DNA of 20,000 nucleotides, from assembly GCA_001724265.1 (NCBI GenBank), contig MEDY01000189.1, positions 44,211 to 64,210 on the forward strand, in the 5' to 3' direction. Below the pieces are notes generated by a model. The model was not told where the DNA came from. It did no database searches and saw nothing but the letters and a program-made list of their open reading frames with translations. Position 1 is the first letter of the stretch, and each line of letters begins with the position of its first letter. Shown here in pieces: positions 10,901 to 20,000 of the stretch. Source of the stretch: Rhizaria sp. SCN 62-66 (Eukaryota). Both the position numbers and the translations under genes were made by a program.

Positions 10901-11080
10901 CGGCGGCCACAGCGCGTACGGCCGCGGGCCGTGGTAGAGGTCGAACGTACACGCGCCCAGCAGCGTCACCCAGGGTGAAAATGCCGCCGGCGGCGCGGCG
11001 TGCCGCAGCGGCACCGCGGCGCGCGCGGGCGCGCGGGCGGGCCCGACGGAGGCGGGCGCGGGCGAGGGGGCCGAGGGCAT
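4943..11080 (-). CDS. DENND6: DENND6 (FAM116)-like DENN-domain Rab GEF, about 2045 codons in one frame with two internal TAG codons (10532-10534, 9665-9667)
   Basis: ORFs 10532..11080, 9665..9865 and 4943..9637 share one frame, and I read the gaps as open apart from the two TAGs. DENND6-like blocks occur in the expected order: WVTLLGACTFDLYHGP...LAFPDS...DTTHCF; LYGYARFARVRDESSPRGFAQQAVFALLPLP; LWAAVLAGVPVLVAGPSAPAVSRAVLAVAALAAPL; ALVVGVVD; RLTLALLAPLRPF; FNPY; LYALALAAPLAEGWL. Stop is TGA at 4943-4945. The start may lie further upstream (see findings). Confidence 0.75.
8770..8928. repeat. Hexamer tandem repeat (GCGTCA/GCATCA)n encoding (Asp-Ala)n inside the DENN gene
   Basis: Directly visible; two interruptions encode Thr-Asn; frame preserved. 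Confidence 0.95.
9361..9415. repeat. Three imperfect 18-bp repeats encoding GELTAV/GELTAA/GELTVA
   Basis: CCGTCAGTTCGCCG-like unit occurs three times, in frame in the DENN gene. Confidence 0.8.
9484..9510. repeat. CAG/CTG trinucleotide repeat encoding poly-Gln
   Basis: (CTG)n on + corresponds to the LQQQQQQQQH tract on -. Confidence 0.9.
10012..10126. repeat. Two adjacent 9-bp tandem arrays: (GGCAGCAGC)n and (GTGAGCAGC)x7, encoding poly-Ala and (Ala-Ala-His)7 in the DENN frame
   Basis: GTG recurs every 9 nt from 10061 to 10115. Confidence 0.9.
10485..10580. repeat. Gln/Pro/Ser repeat region: 15-bp (QPQSS) and 6-bp (SQ/PQ) units, containing the first internal TAG
   Basis: Minus strand reads CAG CCT CAA TCG TCC CAG CCT CAA TCA TCC CAG CCT CAG TAG CCC CAG CCC CAG TCC CAG TCC CAG. 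Confidence 0.9.
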
Positions 11081-11870
11081 CGGGCGGGGCGGCCGGCGAA
11101 GGCGGCAGCGCGGGACTGCTGCGCGGAGGGGACGCGATCTCGTGGGCTGCGGGCAGTTGAGTTAGGAATGTGTTCTAGTCAGCACTAAGGGCAGATGAAA
11201 AACTGGGAGACATAGGGGAAGCAACGAGCTGGTGAGATAGATTTGAAAAAGGCAGGGTGAACTTGAAACCATAGTACTATTAAGACTGACTACGAGTTGA
11301 TTTCGAGGTTTGAGACGATATAATACAAGTATGTGAATACACTGTCATAAAACATCACATTATTAGTAGTAAATCATGCAACGGTAATATATAGTATGAA
11401 TAGGCTGGTTGCTCCCGTTTGCCACAGGGACGCGAGACTGTGGGGGAACCTGCTCGTAACGCCATAAAATAAGGTTCTGCTTGGTCGAACTCGATATTAC
11501 CATCGTCAAATGCCACACAATCAAAGTATGGTGAACAACCTACTTGTTTTTACTTGTTCCGTTAATTATACTTTTCGAATTTGTTATGATGTTCCTATAG
11601 CCGATGAGACAAGGAAAGTCGCGTCCCACACCAACTCACGTCACCACCTCCGCAAGTCAGCCTCCCAGCCTCTTGAGAGTTGAATCCAAAGCCCAGTTTG
11701 TTTCTTTAATGTGGCTACTACTTAATCCATCATGTTTGTTTCACGCTATCTGTATTCCGCTGCATTTTCTGTCTCCAAGCACCGCTCACCCCTTCTCTTC
11801 AAAAATTTATCCTTCATGCCGTCGACACAAACGCGTGTGCTTGTATGTTCACTGCCAGGGCATTCCCGCG

Positions 11871-13688
11871 ATGAATCCATTCCCATTGGTGGTATTCATC
11901 CTGGTGATCGTTGGAGTCATCATCACTGTCAACTTCAATGTCTCCTTCCCCATCCCTTGCTGGCCCTTTCCCAACAACGACAGCAACGCTACCAACGGCA
12001 ACGCCGCCGTCAATAACAACGACAACACGATCAACGCCGCCGTCGCGGCCAACGCCGCCGCAGACCCCGAGGCGGCCGCGGCTACCGCCGCCGCGGCGCC
12101 GGTGCGGCGCGTGCGCGTGAGCTACACGGCGGTGCCCATCGCGGGCGTGCTGCTGCTGCTGCTGGGCGGCGCCATCGGCGGCGACGACGTGTGGGCCGGG
12201 CTCGCGGGCGACAACGACATCCAGCCCTACACGATCATGATTCTCTTTATGGCGCTTGCGTACGTGTGCATCTCGCTCGACTTCACGGGCGCGCTGGCTT
12301 TCGTCTCGCTCAAGGTCGTCGCCGCCGCGGGCAGCTCCAAGCGCCGCCTCTTCGTCGCCTTCTTCTGCCTCACGGGCGCGCTCACGGCCTTCACGTCCAA
12401 CGACGTCGTTATCCTCACGCTGACGCCCGTTGTGGTTTACTGCGCGCACTTCGCGCAGACCGACGCGGAGCCCTACATCTTCACGATGTTCTACGCCGCC
12501 AACCTCTTCTCCTTCTTCTTCATCATCTCCAACCCGACCAACATCATCGTCGGCGAGGCCGTCGGACTCTCATTCGCCGACTTCATCTCCTACATGCTGT
12601 TGCCCGGCTTTGTCACCGTGCTCGCCACGCTCGTCGCGCTGTACCTCTACTTCCGCTCCTCCCTCGACGGCGCGCTCGCGATGCCCGCGCTGGACCCCGC
12701 CAAGGAGCTGCAGTCGCGCCGCGGCGCGCTCGTCCACGCCGCCACGCTCGGCGTCTGCATCCTCTTCATGTGCGTGTCCTCGCTCGTGCCCGGCGTGCGT
12801 CTGTGGATGGTTGCGCTGGGCGCCGGCATCGTCTCGCTCGTCTACAACCTCTTCGCGCTGCCCTGGCGCCTCCCCGCGGGCGCGCCCGGCAGCGGCCGCG
12901 GCGGCGCGCGCGGCGGCCACCGCGCCGGTGCGGGCGACGCGCACGCGCAGCACGGGTACGTCGAGTTCGGGGACGAGCAGCTCCAGCAGCCCGGGCACGG
13001 GGGCGCGCTTGGCGTCATCGACCTCGGCGGCAACAGTAACAGCAACATCAACAACAGCGGCTTGCACTCGGTTGTGATCGGCGACGCGAGCGTTAGCGTG
13101 ACTATTAGAGGCGCCGACGGCGGCAGCGGTGGCAGCGAGGTTGTCGTGGCGGGCATCGAGCCGAAGCCGCAGGCGCACATGCCGATCGTCAAGGCGCTGC
13201 CGTGGGCACTGATGCCCTTCGTGTTCGGCATGTTCTGCCTCGTGCAGGCGCTGCTCGTGCACGGCTGGATTGACGAGTTTGCACGCTGGTGCATTGGTGC
13301 CATGGGCGGCGTTGACGCCCTACGCGACTCGGACGGCGGGGCGGCGCCGTTGGTCACTTCCTTGTTCATGATGTTTGTCACAATTGTGCTGTGCAACGCG
13401 GCCAACAACCAGCCCGCAACGATTTTGCTTACGCGCATCCTCATTTCGCCGCGCATGAAGGCGATGGGCCCGTTAGCGCACCGTGCCGCTGTGTTGTCCG
13501 TCATTGCTGGCTCAAATATTAGTGCGTGCTTCACCACGATCGGCGCACTTGCTGGGATCATGTTCTGCGGCGTACTCGCCATCCACAAGATCGAGATGTC
13601 CTACGGTCGCTTCATCAAGGTCGGCGTTATCTCGCTCCCCATTGCGCTCGCCTGCGCGCTCGCGATCACTGCCGTCGTCGCGATTTGA
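11871..13688 (+). CDS. ArsB/NhaD (ion transporter) superfamily permease, arsenical-pump-membrane-protein-like, about 605 aa
   Basis: Many hydrophobic TM-like segments. Motifs IQPYTIMILFMALAYVCISLDFTG, FTSNDVVILTLTP, AAN...ISNPTNIIV, LPWALMPFVFGMF, NNQPATILL and GSNISACFTTIGALAGIMF are typical of this superfamily. ATG at 11871 was chosen because 11604-11870 looks non-coding; an upstream exon is possible (CCAG at 11855-11858). Stop is TGA. Confidence 0.85.
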   Translation: MNPFPLVVFILVIVGVIITVNFNVSFPIPCWPFPNNDSNATNGNAAVNNNDNTINAAVAANAAADPEAAAATAAAAPVRRVRVSYTAVPIAGVLLLLLGGAIGGDDVWAGLAGDNDIQPYTIMILFMALAYVCISLDFTGALAFVSLKVVAAAGSSKRRLFVAFFCLTGALTAFTSNDVVILTLTPVVVYCAHFAQTDAEPYIFTMFYAANLFSFFFIISNPTNIIVGEAVGLSFADFISYMLLPGFVTVLATLVALYLYFRSSLDGALAMPALDPAKELQSRRGALVHAATLGVCILFMCVSSLVPGVRLWMVALGAGIVSLVYNLFALPWRLPAGAPGSGRGGARGGHRAGAGDAHAQHGYVEFGDEQLQQPGHGGALGVIDLGGNSNSNINNSGLHSVVIGDASVSVTIRGADGGSGGSEVVVAGIEPKPQAHMPIVKALPWALMPFVFGMFCLVQALLVHGWIDEFARWCIGAMGGVDALRDSDGGAAPLVTSLFMMFVTIVLCNAANNQPATILLTRILISPRMKAMGPLAHRAAVLSVIAGSNISACFTTIGALAGIMFCGVLAIHKIEMSYGRFIKVGVISLPIALACALAITAVVAI

Positions 13689-14487
13689 TGCTTGGTGCTT
13701 ATACCCTGTCGGTCAAGACTGACAACAAAGAACTGCCTTTTTCTACATGACTATTCAACGAATTCTACGATTGATACATAGCCTTTGATACAATTTAGTG
13801 GACTACATGATATGACGTGAATTATAAGCTCTTGCATTGCCGCCACTCGATTTGGGACTGGCAAGAGACCTAAATACTTCATACTCGACAAAATGATGTT
13901 AAAATGACCGGTTCATATTGTAAAACATTAAATAATATAATAAAAACATATAGTAAAATTGAATAAGTAATTATTTTAAAAATCGGATGCTTTAAAAATT
14001 TAATAGGTATTTAATGTATTATTTCAACTAAAATTAAGCAATAAATTTATTTTGATATAAAATGTCGTGGTTTTTGAAAACTTTTGAGAATGTAATCATA
14101 TTCTCCAGCAACCGATCACAGGGTATAAAAGCCAACTTAGCTCTTTTTGCTTTAAATAACACAAAAAAACTTTTAAAAGCTTTATTAATCTTTAAAAACA
14201 AAAAATGTTTTTAAATCGAAATAATTATTAAACTATTTTAAATACATACTTATAGAAGGTAAATAGAGATTTAAATTTAATTTTAATCAGAAAATATTAA
14301 TTGTCATTTTATTTTGCATTTTTGTTTCAGTTTACTGTTGTTTTTGCAGTTGGGACTTCTATTTGTTTGCTTCCAGCATGTTTTCACAAAGGGTCGAGAA
14401 GTTTTTAAATATACAGTGTATGTATATCATACAACAACCAATAACATCTTTACATGATTAAAAGTCAGATGCGACAAAACTCAAGCG

Positions 14488-16646
14488 TTAGATGTCTTGG
14501 ATGGCCTGGACGATGGTGTGAAGGTCCTCACGAGTGAAGCCGCCACTCTCGTCGATTGCAGTGACGAGGTCATCTTCCGTCGGCCACATAAACCAAATAT
14601 CATTGACAGAGCGGCCCGCAGCTGTGTTAACACGGACGATGCGGTTCGCCACGACCTGCAGTAACGCGGCAGCGAGCAAGCGCCACTCCCCCTTGCCAAA
14701 GGGCGGCAGTGCGTTACGAAAACGACCATAAAACGTGTCACAAAATGACAGCACGGCACCGACAGGCTCAGTATGCGGCCGGTCCGCACGCACCAAATTC
14801 ATGATCGAGTTGAGGTGCGGCCGCAGCACGGTCTTGAGCGCGATCAGTCGTCCGTCCGTCACAGCGGGCAGCGTGATCGTCGGGAAGCTCGTGTCCTCTG
14901 CAGCAGGCGAGTCAGCTGCAGCCTCGGACGCAACGGCAGCCGCAGGCTTAACGGGCGGGAAGAGCACGTTGTGCGATATGTCACTGGTCCACTGGAAGAC
15001 GACGCGCGTGATGCGGCCCACGGGCGTGAGATACCGGTCCAGCGCGGCCCCGTCGGCCGAGGTCAGTGCCTCGTGCAGCTCGTGGTCTGCCGCGGCCGCC
15101 GCGCGCGCAGCGGCGCGCTCCTCCCGCCGCGCGGCGCGCAGCTCGCGCCGCGTCTCCTCGTCCCAGCCATCGCCGTCGCTCTGGTTGCTGTTGTCCCCGC
15201 TGTCGTGATCATCGTCGTCGCCGTCGCCGTCGGGGTCGTAACGCTCGAGCCAGGGCAGCCAGGCGTCGCCACCCTCCTCTTGGTCCGGGTCCGCGTCCGC
15301 GCCCGCACCGTCGTCGCTCTCTTCCTCGTCCTCGTCCTCCAGCTGCTCTTCCTCGCTGCCGCCACTCTGGTCCTTCGAAGCGGCGGCAGCCTTCTCCTTC
15401 TCTTTGTCGGCAGCGCGCTGCTGCTTCTGCTGCCGCTTCTGTTGCTTCAGGATCTCCTGCTGCTGCCGCTCCACCATCCGCGCCTGCTCGGCCGCCTCCT
15501 CATCCTCGTCAGCCTTCACCTGGTCAGCCGTGGCTTGGTTTGCCTTGGCCATGGCCTCGGCCTCGGCCGCAGCACTCTCGCTGCTCTTGCCACTCGCACT
15601 CGCAGCGCTGGCCACGGCGTTGCGGCCGGGGCGGACGCGCTCGGTGACCTGAAGCCCTACCACCTCCGGCGTCGGCTCCGTGGCGGCCTTCTTCTTGCTC
15701 CCAGCCTTCTTGCCGCCCACAGCGTCGGCCTTAGCGCTCGTAGCGTCATTCTTAGCGCTGTCGGCGCTCTTGGAGGCGTGTGCCTGGGAGCTCGTCGGAG
15801 CTGCAGCCGCCGTCACAGACGCCCTGACAGCTGTCTCCGCAGTCGCAGGCGCAGCAGGAGCCTTCGGAGCAGCCGCGGCCTTGGTGGCGCCGACCGCCTG
15901 TTCCAGAGCCACCTTGTCAATGGGGTGGCCCTGGCTCGGGCTCCGCGAATGAGCCTGAGTCTGCGTCTGCGTCTGGGGCTTGGCCGCTGCCGCGGGCTTA
16001 GCCGCCGCCGCGGGCTTGGCGCCCGCCGCCGAGGCCGCGGGCGGGGGCCGCGCGGCGAGGTCCCTGGAGAGCAGCGAGTCCTCCGAGAGTCCGGCGCGCG
16101 CGGCGGCGGCGCGCTGCGCGCAGGCCTGGGAGCAGTAACGCGCGACTTCGACGACGCCCGCGGCGGCCGCGCTCAGGCGCGCGTCGGGGCCCTGCGGCAG
16201 CACCGTGCCGCCGCCGCGCGCACCCGCAGCGGCCCGCGCCTGCTGCTGTTGCGTGTGCTCGCGCGCCTGCTGCGCGGCGGCCAGCGCGTCGGTCAGCAGC
16301 TCGCGCGACGTCCGCGGCCCCAGCGCGCGCGCGCAGCAGGGGAACGCGCACTGCAGCAGTTCCGTGCGCTCGATCAGCACCGCGTCCCACTGCGCGGGGT
16401 TCAAAACTTTCGTCTGCGGGAAGGATAATGACAACGACAGCGGGTGATAGATGACTGTGAGCAGATGAGATTCAATGAAGCGTGGACGAGTTCGGGAAAG
16501 AGCAATGCTTGAGAGAGACGTACCGCGCGCGCAAGGGCGTCTTCAGAGACCTCCTTCTGACAGAGGATTTCCTGAACCTTGAGGGCAAACTGCGAGGCCC
16601 GGAGTGCGGCCTGCTGTGCCGTCATCGACTTCTTGGCGGCCGACAT
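14488..16646 (-). CDS. RPAP2: Rtr1/RPAP2-like RNA polymerase II CTD phosphatase, 682 aa, exons 16646-16524 and 16413-14488
   Basis: Spliced N-terminus reads ALKVQEILCQKEVSEDALARA|TKVLNPAQWDAVLIERTELLQCAFPCC...RYCSQAC, matching the RTR1-type zinc finger (ER-x5-C-x-F/YP-x-C ... F/YCS-x2-C). C-terminal DTF...EWRLLAAALLQV resembles the RPAP2 C-terminus. Long disordered middle. Stop is TAA. Confidence 0.85.
16414..16523 (-). other. Spliceosomal intron, 110 nt, phase 0
   Basis: GTACGT donor, TTCCCGCAG acceptor; frame restored. Confidence 0.85.
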
Positions 16647-17130
16647 GGCGGCTCGGCTCTGGTTCGGGAGCTTTACTTAGTGCGGCAGATTTGGATAAAG
16701 CTCTACGAAGCAGGTCGACCGTTACTAGCGCTAAAATTATAAAATCCAAATAAAAAATTAGCGTGTAAGTTAACTCATTCAATTATACGCAATAATACTA
16801 CCTATGTATGCCACAATCCAACATCTACTAAAGTCGTACTTGACTCCGATTCGAACCGAAGAGTAAGGACCATGCGCCAACCACAAATCACTCCCATTCA
16901 CCTTCAAGTGCATCATTCTCATTCAAACATCACCCGACCAGGACAAAACAAAGTTAACAAGTTAAAAACCTTGTTATATACTATTTTACATGATAAATAA
17001 CAACGCAGCACCAACTACACATAAATATATCCTGAGACAGAGGCCCCTGCACCACCAGGCCCACTCACTCGACTGGGCACACGCGTTGCACTCAAGCAAT
17101 GCCTCGCTCCCCGGCGCGGGCGCCCCCAGC

Positions 17131-18750
17131 TCAAGCGATCCCGTGCGCCTTGAGCAAGGCGTCGACGGCGACGCGGACGTCTGCGAAGTCGTGCTTGGGC
17201 TGCTGCAGCGGGAGCGAGGAGCGCGGGATCGACCCCGTGCGCACGAAGACCGAGTCCCAGCGCGGGCCCGCTCTGTTGGCGCCCTCGATGTCCGCCGCGG
17301 GGTTGTCGCCGACGCCGTAGCAGCGCGCGACGGCGGCCCCGTGCGCGGCGGCCTGCGCGTCGAGCAGCGCGTCGGCGTGCGCGTAGGTCGCGGCTGTGGG
17401 CTTGCCGCAGACGACGGGATGCAGCGGCTCGCCTGTCACGCGCGCATAGAGGTACCCCAGCACCTCGGTAAAGGCGCCCTGCGCCAGCCGTGGGACGTCG
17501 AAGCGCGCCGAGTAGAGCAGGTCCGGGTTGGACAGGTAGAAAGGCGTGTGGCGCGGCGCGTAACCCCCCCGCAACGCCTGAGCGACCGTGTAGAGCTGCG
17601 ACGGACCCAGGTGCGGCGCGCCGCAGTAGGGCGCAGAGGCGCGCTGCGCGCCCGCGGGCTCGTGCGCGGGGTCCTGCGGCAGCCCGAACCCGCTCGCGCC
17701 GCCGGTCGACGCGATCTCGGCCCCGGCCTCAGGGGCAGCAGAGGAGGCGAGGTTGGTGGTGCAGAGCTTGCTGTAGGTGTGCGAGGCGCCCTCACCGCCC
17801 GTGCACTTGCCCTTGTCCTTGCCTCTGCCACACTCACGCTCTGCGGCGCGCTCGGCGACGCGCTCGGGGCGGCCCGCGAGGAGCACGTCGAGGCAGACCT
17901 GGAGGTCGACGTACCAGTCGCGCGGGTCGTGGAGTACCAGCACCGCCTTGACCTCGCCCAGCAGCGCGCGCGCCTCGGCGACGGCGTCGCTGCCGTCCGC
18001 GCGGCGCCCGTCAGACGCGCGCGCCGTGGGGTAGTGCAGCGGGTCGAGCGAGGTGTGCGGGGACAGCAGCGAGCCGAATTGCGCGTGCACGTCCGCCGGC
18101 GTGATCACGCGCGAGAAGCCGTACGCGCGCGCGACGGCCGCGCAGTCGCGCATGCCAACCACAAGCACCAGGTCCTCGCCGTGGCGCGCGGCGAGCGGGC
18201 GCAGCGGCGAGTGAGATAGCACCACCTGCTCGGGCGCCACGGGCAACGCGAAGAGCTCCGAGAGCTGCTGCGCCTTGACCGACTCGAGCACGCCGCCACC
18301 GTTGGTCAGGTAGATGTGCGGCAAGCCCGCCGCAGCAACTGGGGCGGGGAGCACATATAGCAAGGAGGACAAGGTGGGGTCGTGTGATGTGAGTTAAAGC
18401 AAAGCAAAGCGACAACGATGCGAGTGTAGAGATGGGCGCGTTTATGAAGGGCAAGCGAGGCGAAGTGGAACTGATTAGATATGAGACACAAGGAAGAGTC
18501 TTATGGGAAAAGTACACGCGACACAATAAAAACAGATGTTAACTGTGAGATATTGAGCAAGGATACGCGTTCACGTACCTTTGTGGAGCGCTTCCTTGGC
18601 TCCCGGGATGGGGTTGCCACTCTTGAGAAGAACACCATCGATGTCGAAGGCAAAGGCGGGCAGCGCAGGCTTGGCAGCAGATGCAGCAGCCGAAGAAAAC
18701 GCACGCACACCTAAAGAGGAAGCGACACGTGCAACAGCCTTACGAAGCAT
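17131..18750 (-). CDS. HDHD5: Mitochondrial HAD-superfamily class IIA hydrolase, HDHD5/CECR5-like, 459 aa, exons 18750-18579 and 18338-17131
   Basis: Exon 1 is missing from the ORF track: MLRKAVARVASSLGVRAFSSAAASAAKPALPAFAFDIDGVLLKSGNPIPGAKEALHK, a presequence plus HAD motif I (DxDGV). Exon 2 has LTNGGG, LSHSP, HDPRDWYVDLQ, SNPDLLY, GKP, GDNPAADIEGAN and VRTG. Stop is TGA. Confidence 0.9.
18339..18578 (-). other. Spliceosomal intron, 240 nt, phase 1
   Basis: AAAG|GTACGT donor, CCCCAG acceptor; G+TT rebuilds Val in frame. Confidence 0.85.
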
Positions 18751-19535
18751 GGCGTCGAGAGAGCGTTACAATCGCTTGTTCACATCAAATTAGAGTCAGC
18801 CTTGAAAGGCATGACAGGGTTCGGGCCCAACGGGTAGATTGTACTGCTGAGTTCCTTCAACATTATTTGCGAGGCTTTGTGGTGACAAAGTACCACATGT
18901 CACAAAATATATTACCTCTACTTCGCTAACATATCTTTATTTTTATCATAGCCGCTTCATAGACCCTGTCTAGGGGTGCCTAAAGTGGAGCGCCAGAGCA
19001 AGTAGACACGAAGACGGACACCAGTCAGTCGGGCATGCGCTCTACAATCTGCCTTGTAAGAAACATCCCAATATACACTCTACACATAGCACTGCGTTGC
19101 ACAATTTTCACCCACTTATTCGTCTTAGAAAGTATACTGTGAAGCGAGATGCTTCCAAAAGCAAGTGGCAGGAGCACGGTGTCCGACTGCCCAGCGCAGA
19201 AAATTGCCAATCATAGGCTACCAAGACATAACATCTAACAAATGTGCATATAACAAGCACATATCTTAGACAGACACGCCCCCGCCCAGCTAATTACATT
19301 TGCTCAGGAGCAAGGGGATAAAGCCAAAGCGCGAGATACAGAGTGCAAAGATTGTTTTGGGTTCTGTTTTGGATTCGGGCACGGTTCTCAAAAAGTCCCG
19401 GCCTTCCCCGGCCCCCCACTATTGACGCCCACGGTCACTGCCCGGAGGCTGGAAGAAAGCCTCGCTCTCGCTCTGTCCCCGTTCACGACTCGTCCTCTCG
19501 AGGCGGAGCTTGCTTTTGTCCCAACTGCATCAAAA
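18751..19535. promoter_or_regulatory. Divergent promoter region between HDHD5-like and RPL17
   Basis: Head-to-head arrangement; GC-box-like CACGCCCCCGCCC near 19275 and pyrimidine tracts at about 19460-19525 before the RPL17 ATG. Confidence 0.4.
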
Positions 19536-20000
19536 ATGGTACGTACTCAGTTTTAGTGTTGTTTGAATGATATATTCTGCAGTGTAGTATTTCGTCGTTT
19601 GTTCGCGGGATCTATTTTGCTTTGTGCTGGGGCAGGGTATCGTTGTGTTTGTGGGCCCCAGAGAGCCCAGCGTCTTGGTGTTTGGCAGAGCTGTCGTCTA
19701 AAGCTCGTGCGTCCGCTTGCTCTCCGTGTGCTCATTGCTTTTCCTACGCCTTTTGTGATTGCTCCCCTATAGGTGAAGTACGCTAAGGTCATCAAGGGCG
19801 ACGAGAAGGTCGCCAAGACGCGCGCCACTGGCATCCGTGTGTCCTTCAAGAACTCCCTTGCCACCAGCTCCGCCATCCGCGGCATGCCCCTCCGCCGCGC
19901 TCAGGCCTACCTCAAGAACGTCATCGCGCACAAGGAGGTCATTGCTTTCACCAAGTACAACTACGGTGTCGGCCGCAACGCCGCGTGCAAGCAGGTCAAG
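19536..20000 (+). CDS. RPL17: 60S ribosomal protein L17 (uL22), 5' part; exons 19536-19538 and 19773 to window end
   Basis: ATG|intron|VKYAKVIKGDEKVAKTRATGIRVSFKNSLATSSAIRGMPLRRAQAYLKNVIAHKEVIAFTKYNYGVGRNAACKQVK matches the eukaryotic uL22 N-terminus (RVxFKN, AIxGM, A-x-x-YL-x-x-V, GVGR). Confidence 0.93.
19539..19772 (+). other. Start-codon intron, 234 nt, directly after the ATG of RPL17
   Basis: AAAAATG|GTACGT ... CCCCTATAG|GTGAAG; T-rich. Confidence 0.88.

Noticed and set aside
9665-11080. Treating ORFs 10532..11080, 9665..9865 and 4943..9637 as separate genes
   Set aside because: They share one frame, carry consecutive parts of one DENN module, and have no AT-rich spacers between them, unlike every real gene boundary in this window.
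11604-11870. 89-aa N-terminal extension of the permease given by the ORF track
   Set aside because: Composition resembles UTR or intron and the translation has no family-like features.
16848-16879. Pol III-like A box (TGGCGCATGG) and B box (GGTTCGAATC) on the - strand, checked as a possible tRNA or UAG-decoding tRNA
   Set aside because: The boxes are only 12 nt apart, leaving no room for an anticodon arm, and the T stem and acceptor stem do not pair.
19539-19772. Intronic box C/D snoRNA in RPL17, as hosted by vertebrate RPL17 introns
   Set aside because: Only a partial C-like ATGATA; no CTGA D box seen downstream within the intron.

Overview
Gene-dense eukaryotic (protist-like) nuclear DNA with very GC-rich exons, AT-richer spacers and short spliceosomal introns whose donors are almost all GTACGY. 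Seven protein genes can be supported: (1) a 3'-truncated coiled-coil protein (-); (2) a secreted modular protein with acidic spacers and an Arg-rich segment (+); (3) a greatly expanded DENND6-like Rab GEF (-); (4) an ArsB/NhaD-superfamily permease (+); (5) an Rtr1/RPAP2-like phosphatase (-); (6) a mitochondrial HDHD5/CECR5-like HAD hydrolase (-); (7) a partial RPL17/uL22 (+). Main observation: the DENND6-like gene is one ~6.1 kb reading frame broken only by two in-frame TAG codons, both in Gln-rich context and between conserved DENN blocks, while all five genes that end in the window stop at TAA or TGA. This suggests a nuclear genetic code with UAG read as sense (probably Gln) and UAA/UGA still stops. 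Pseudogenisation, sequence error or cryptic splicing cannot be excluded from one window. All family calls come from motif recognition by eye, not database searches.
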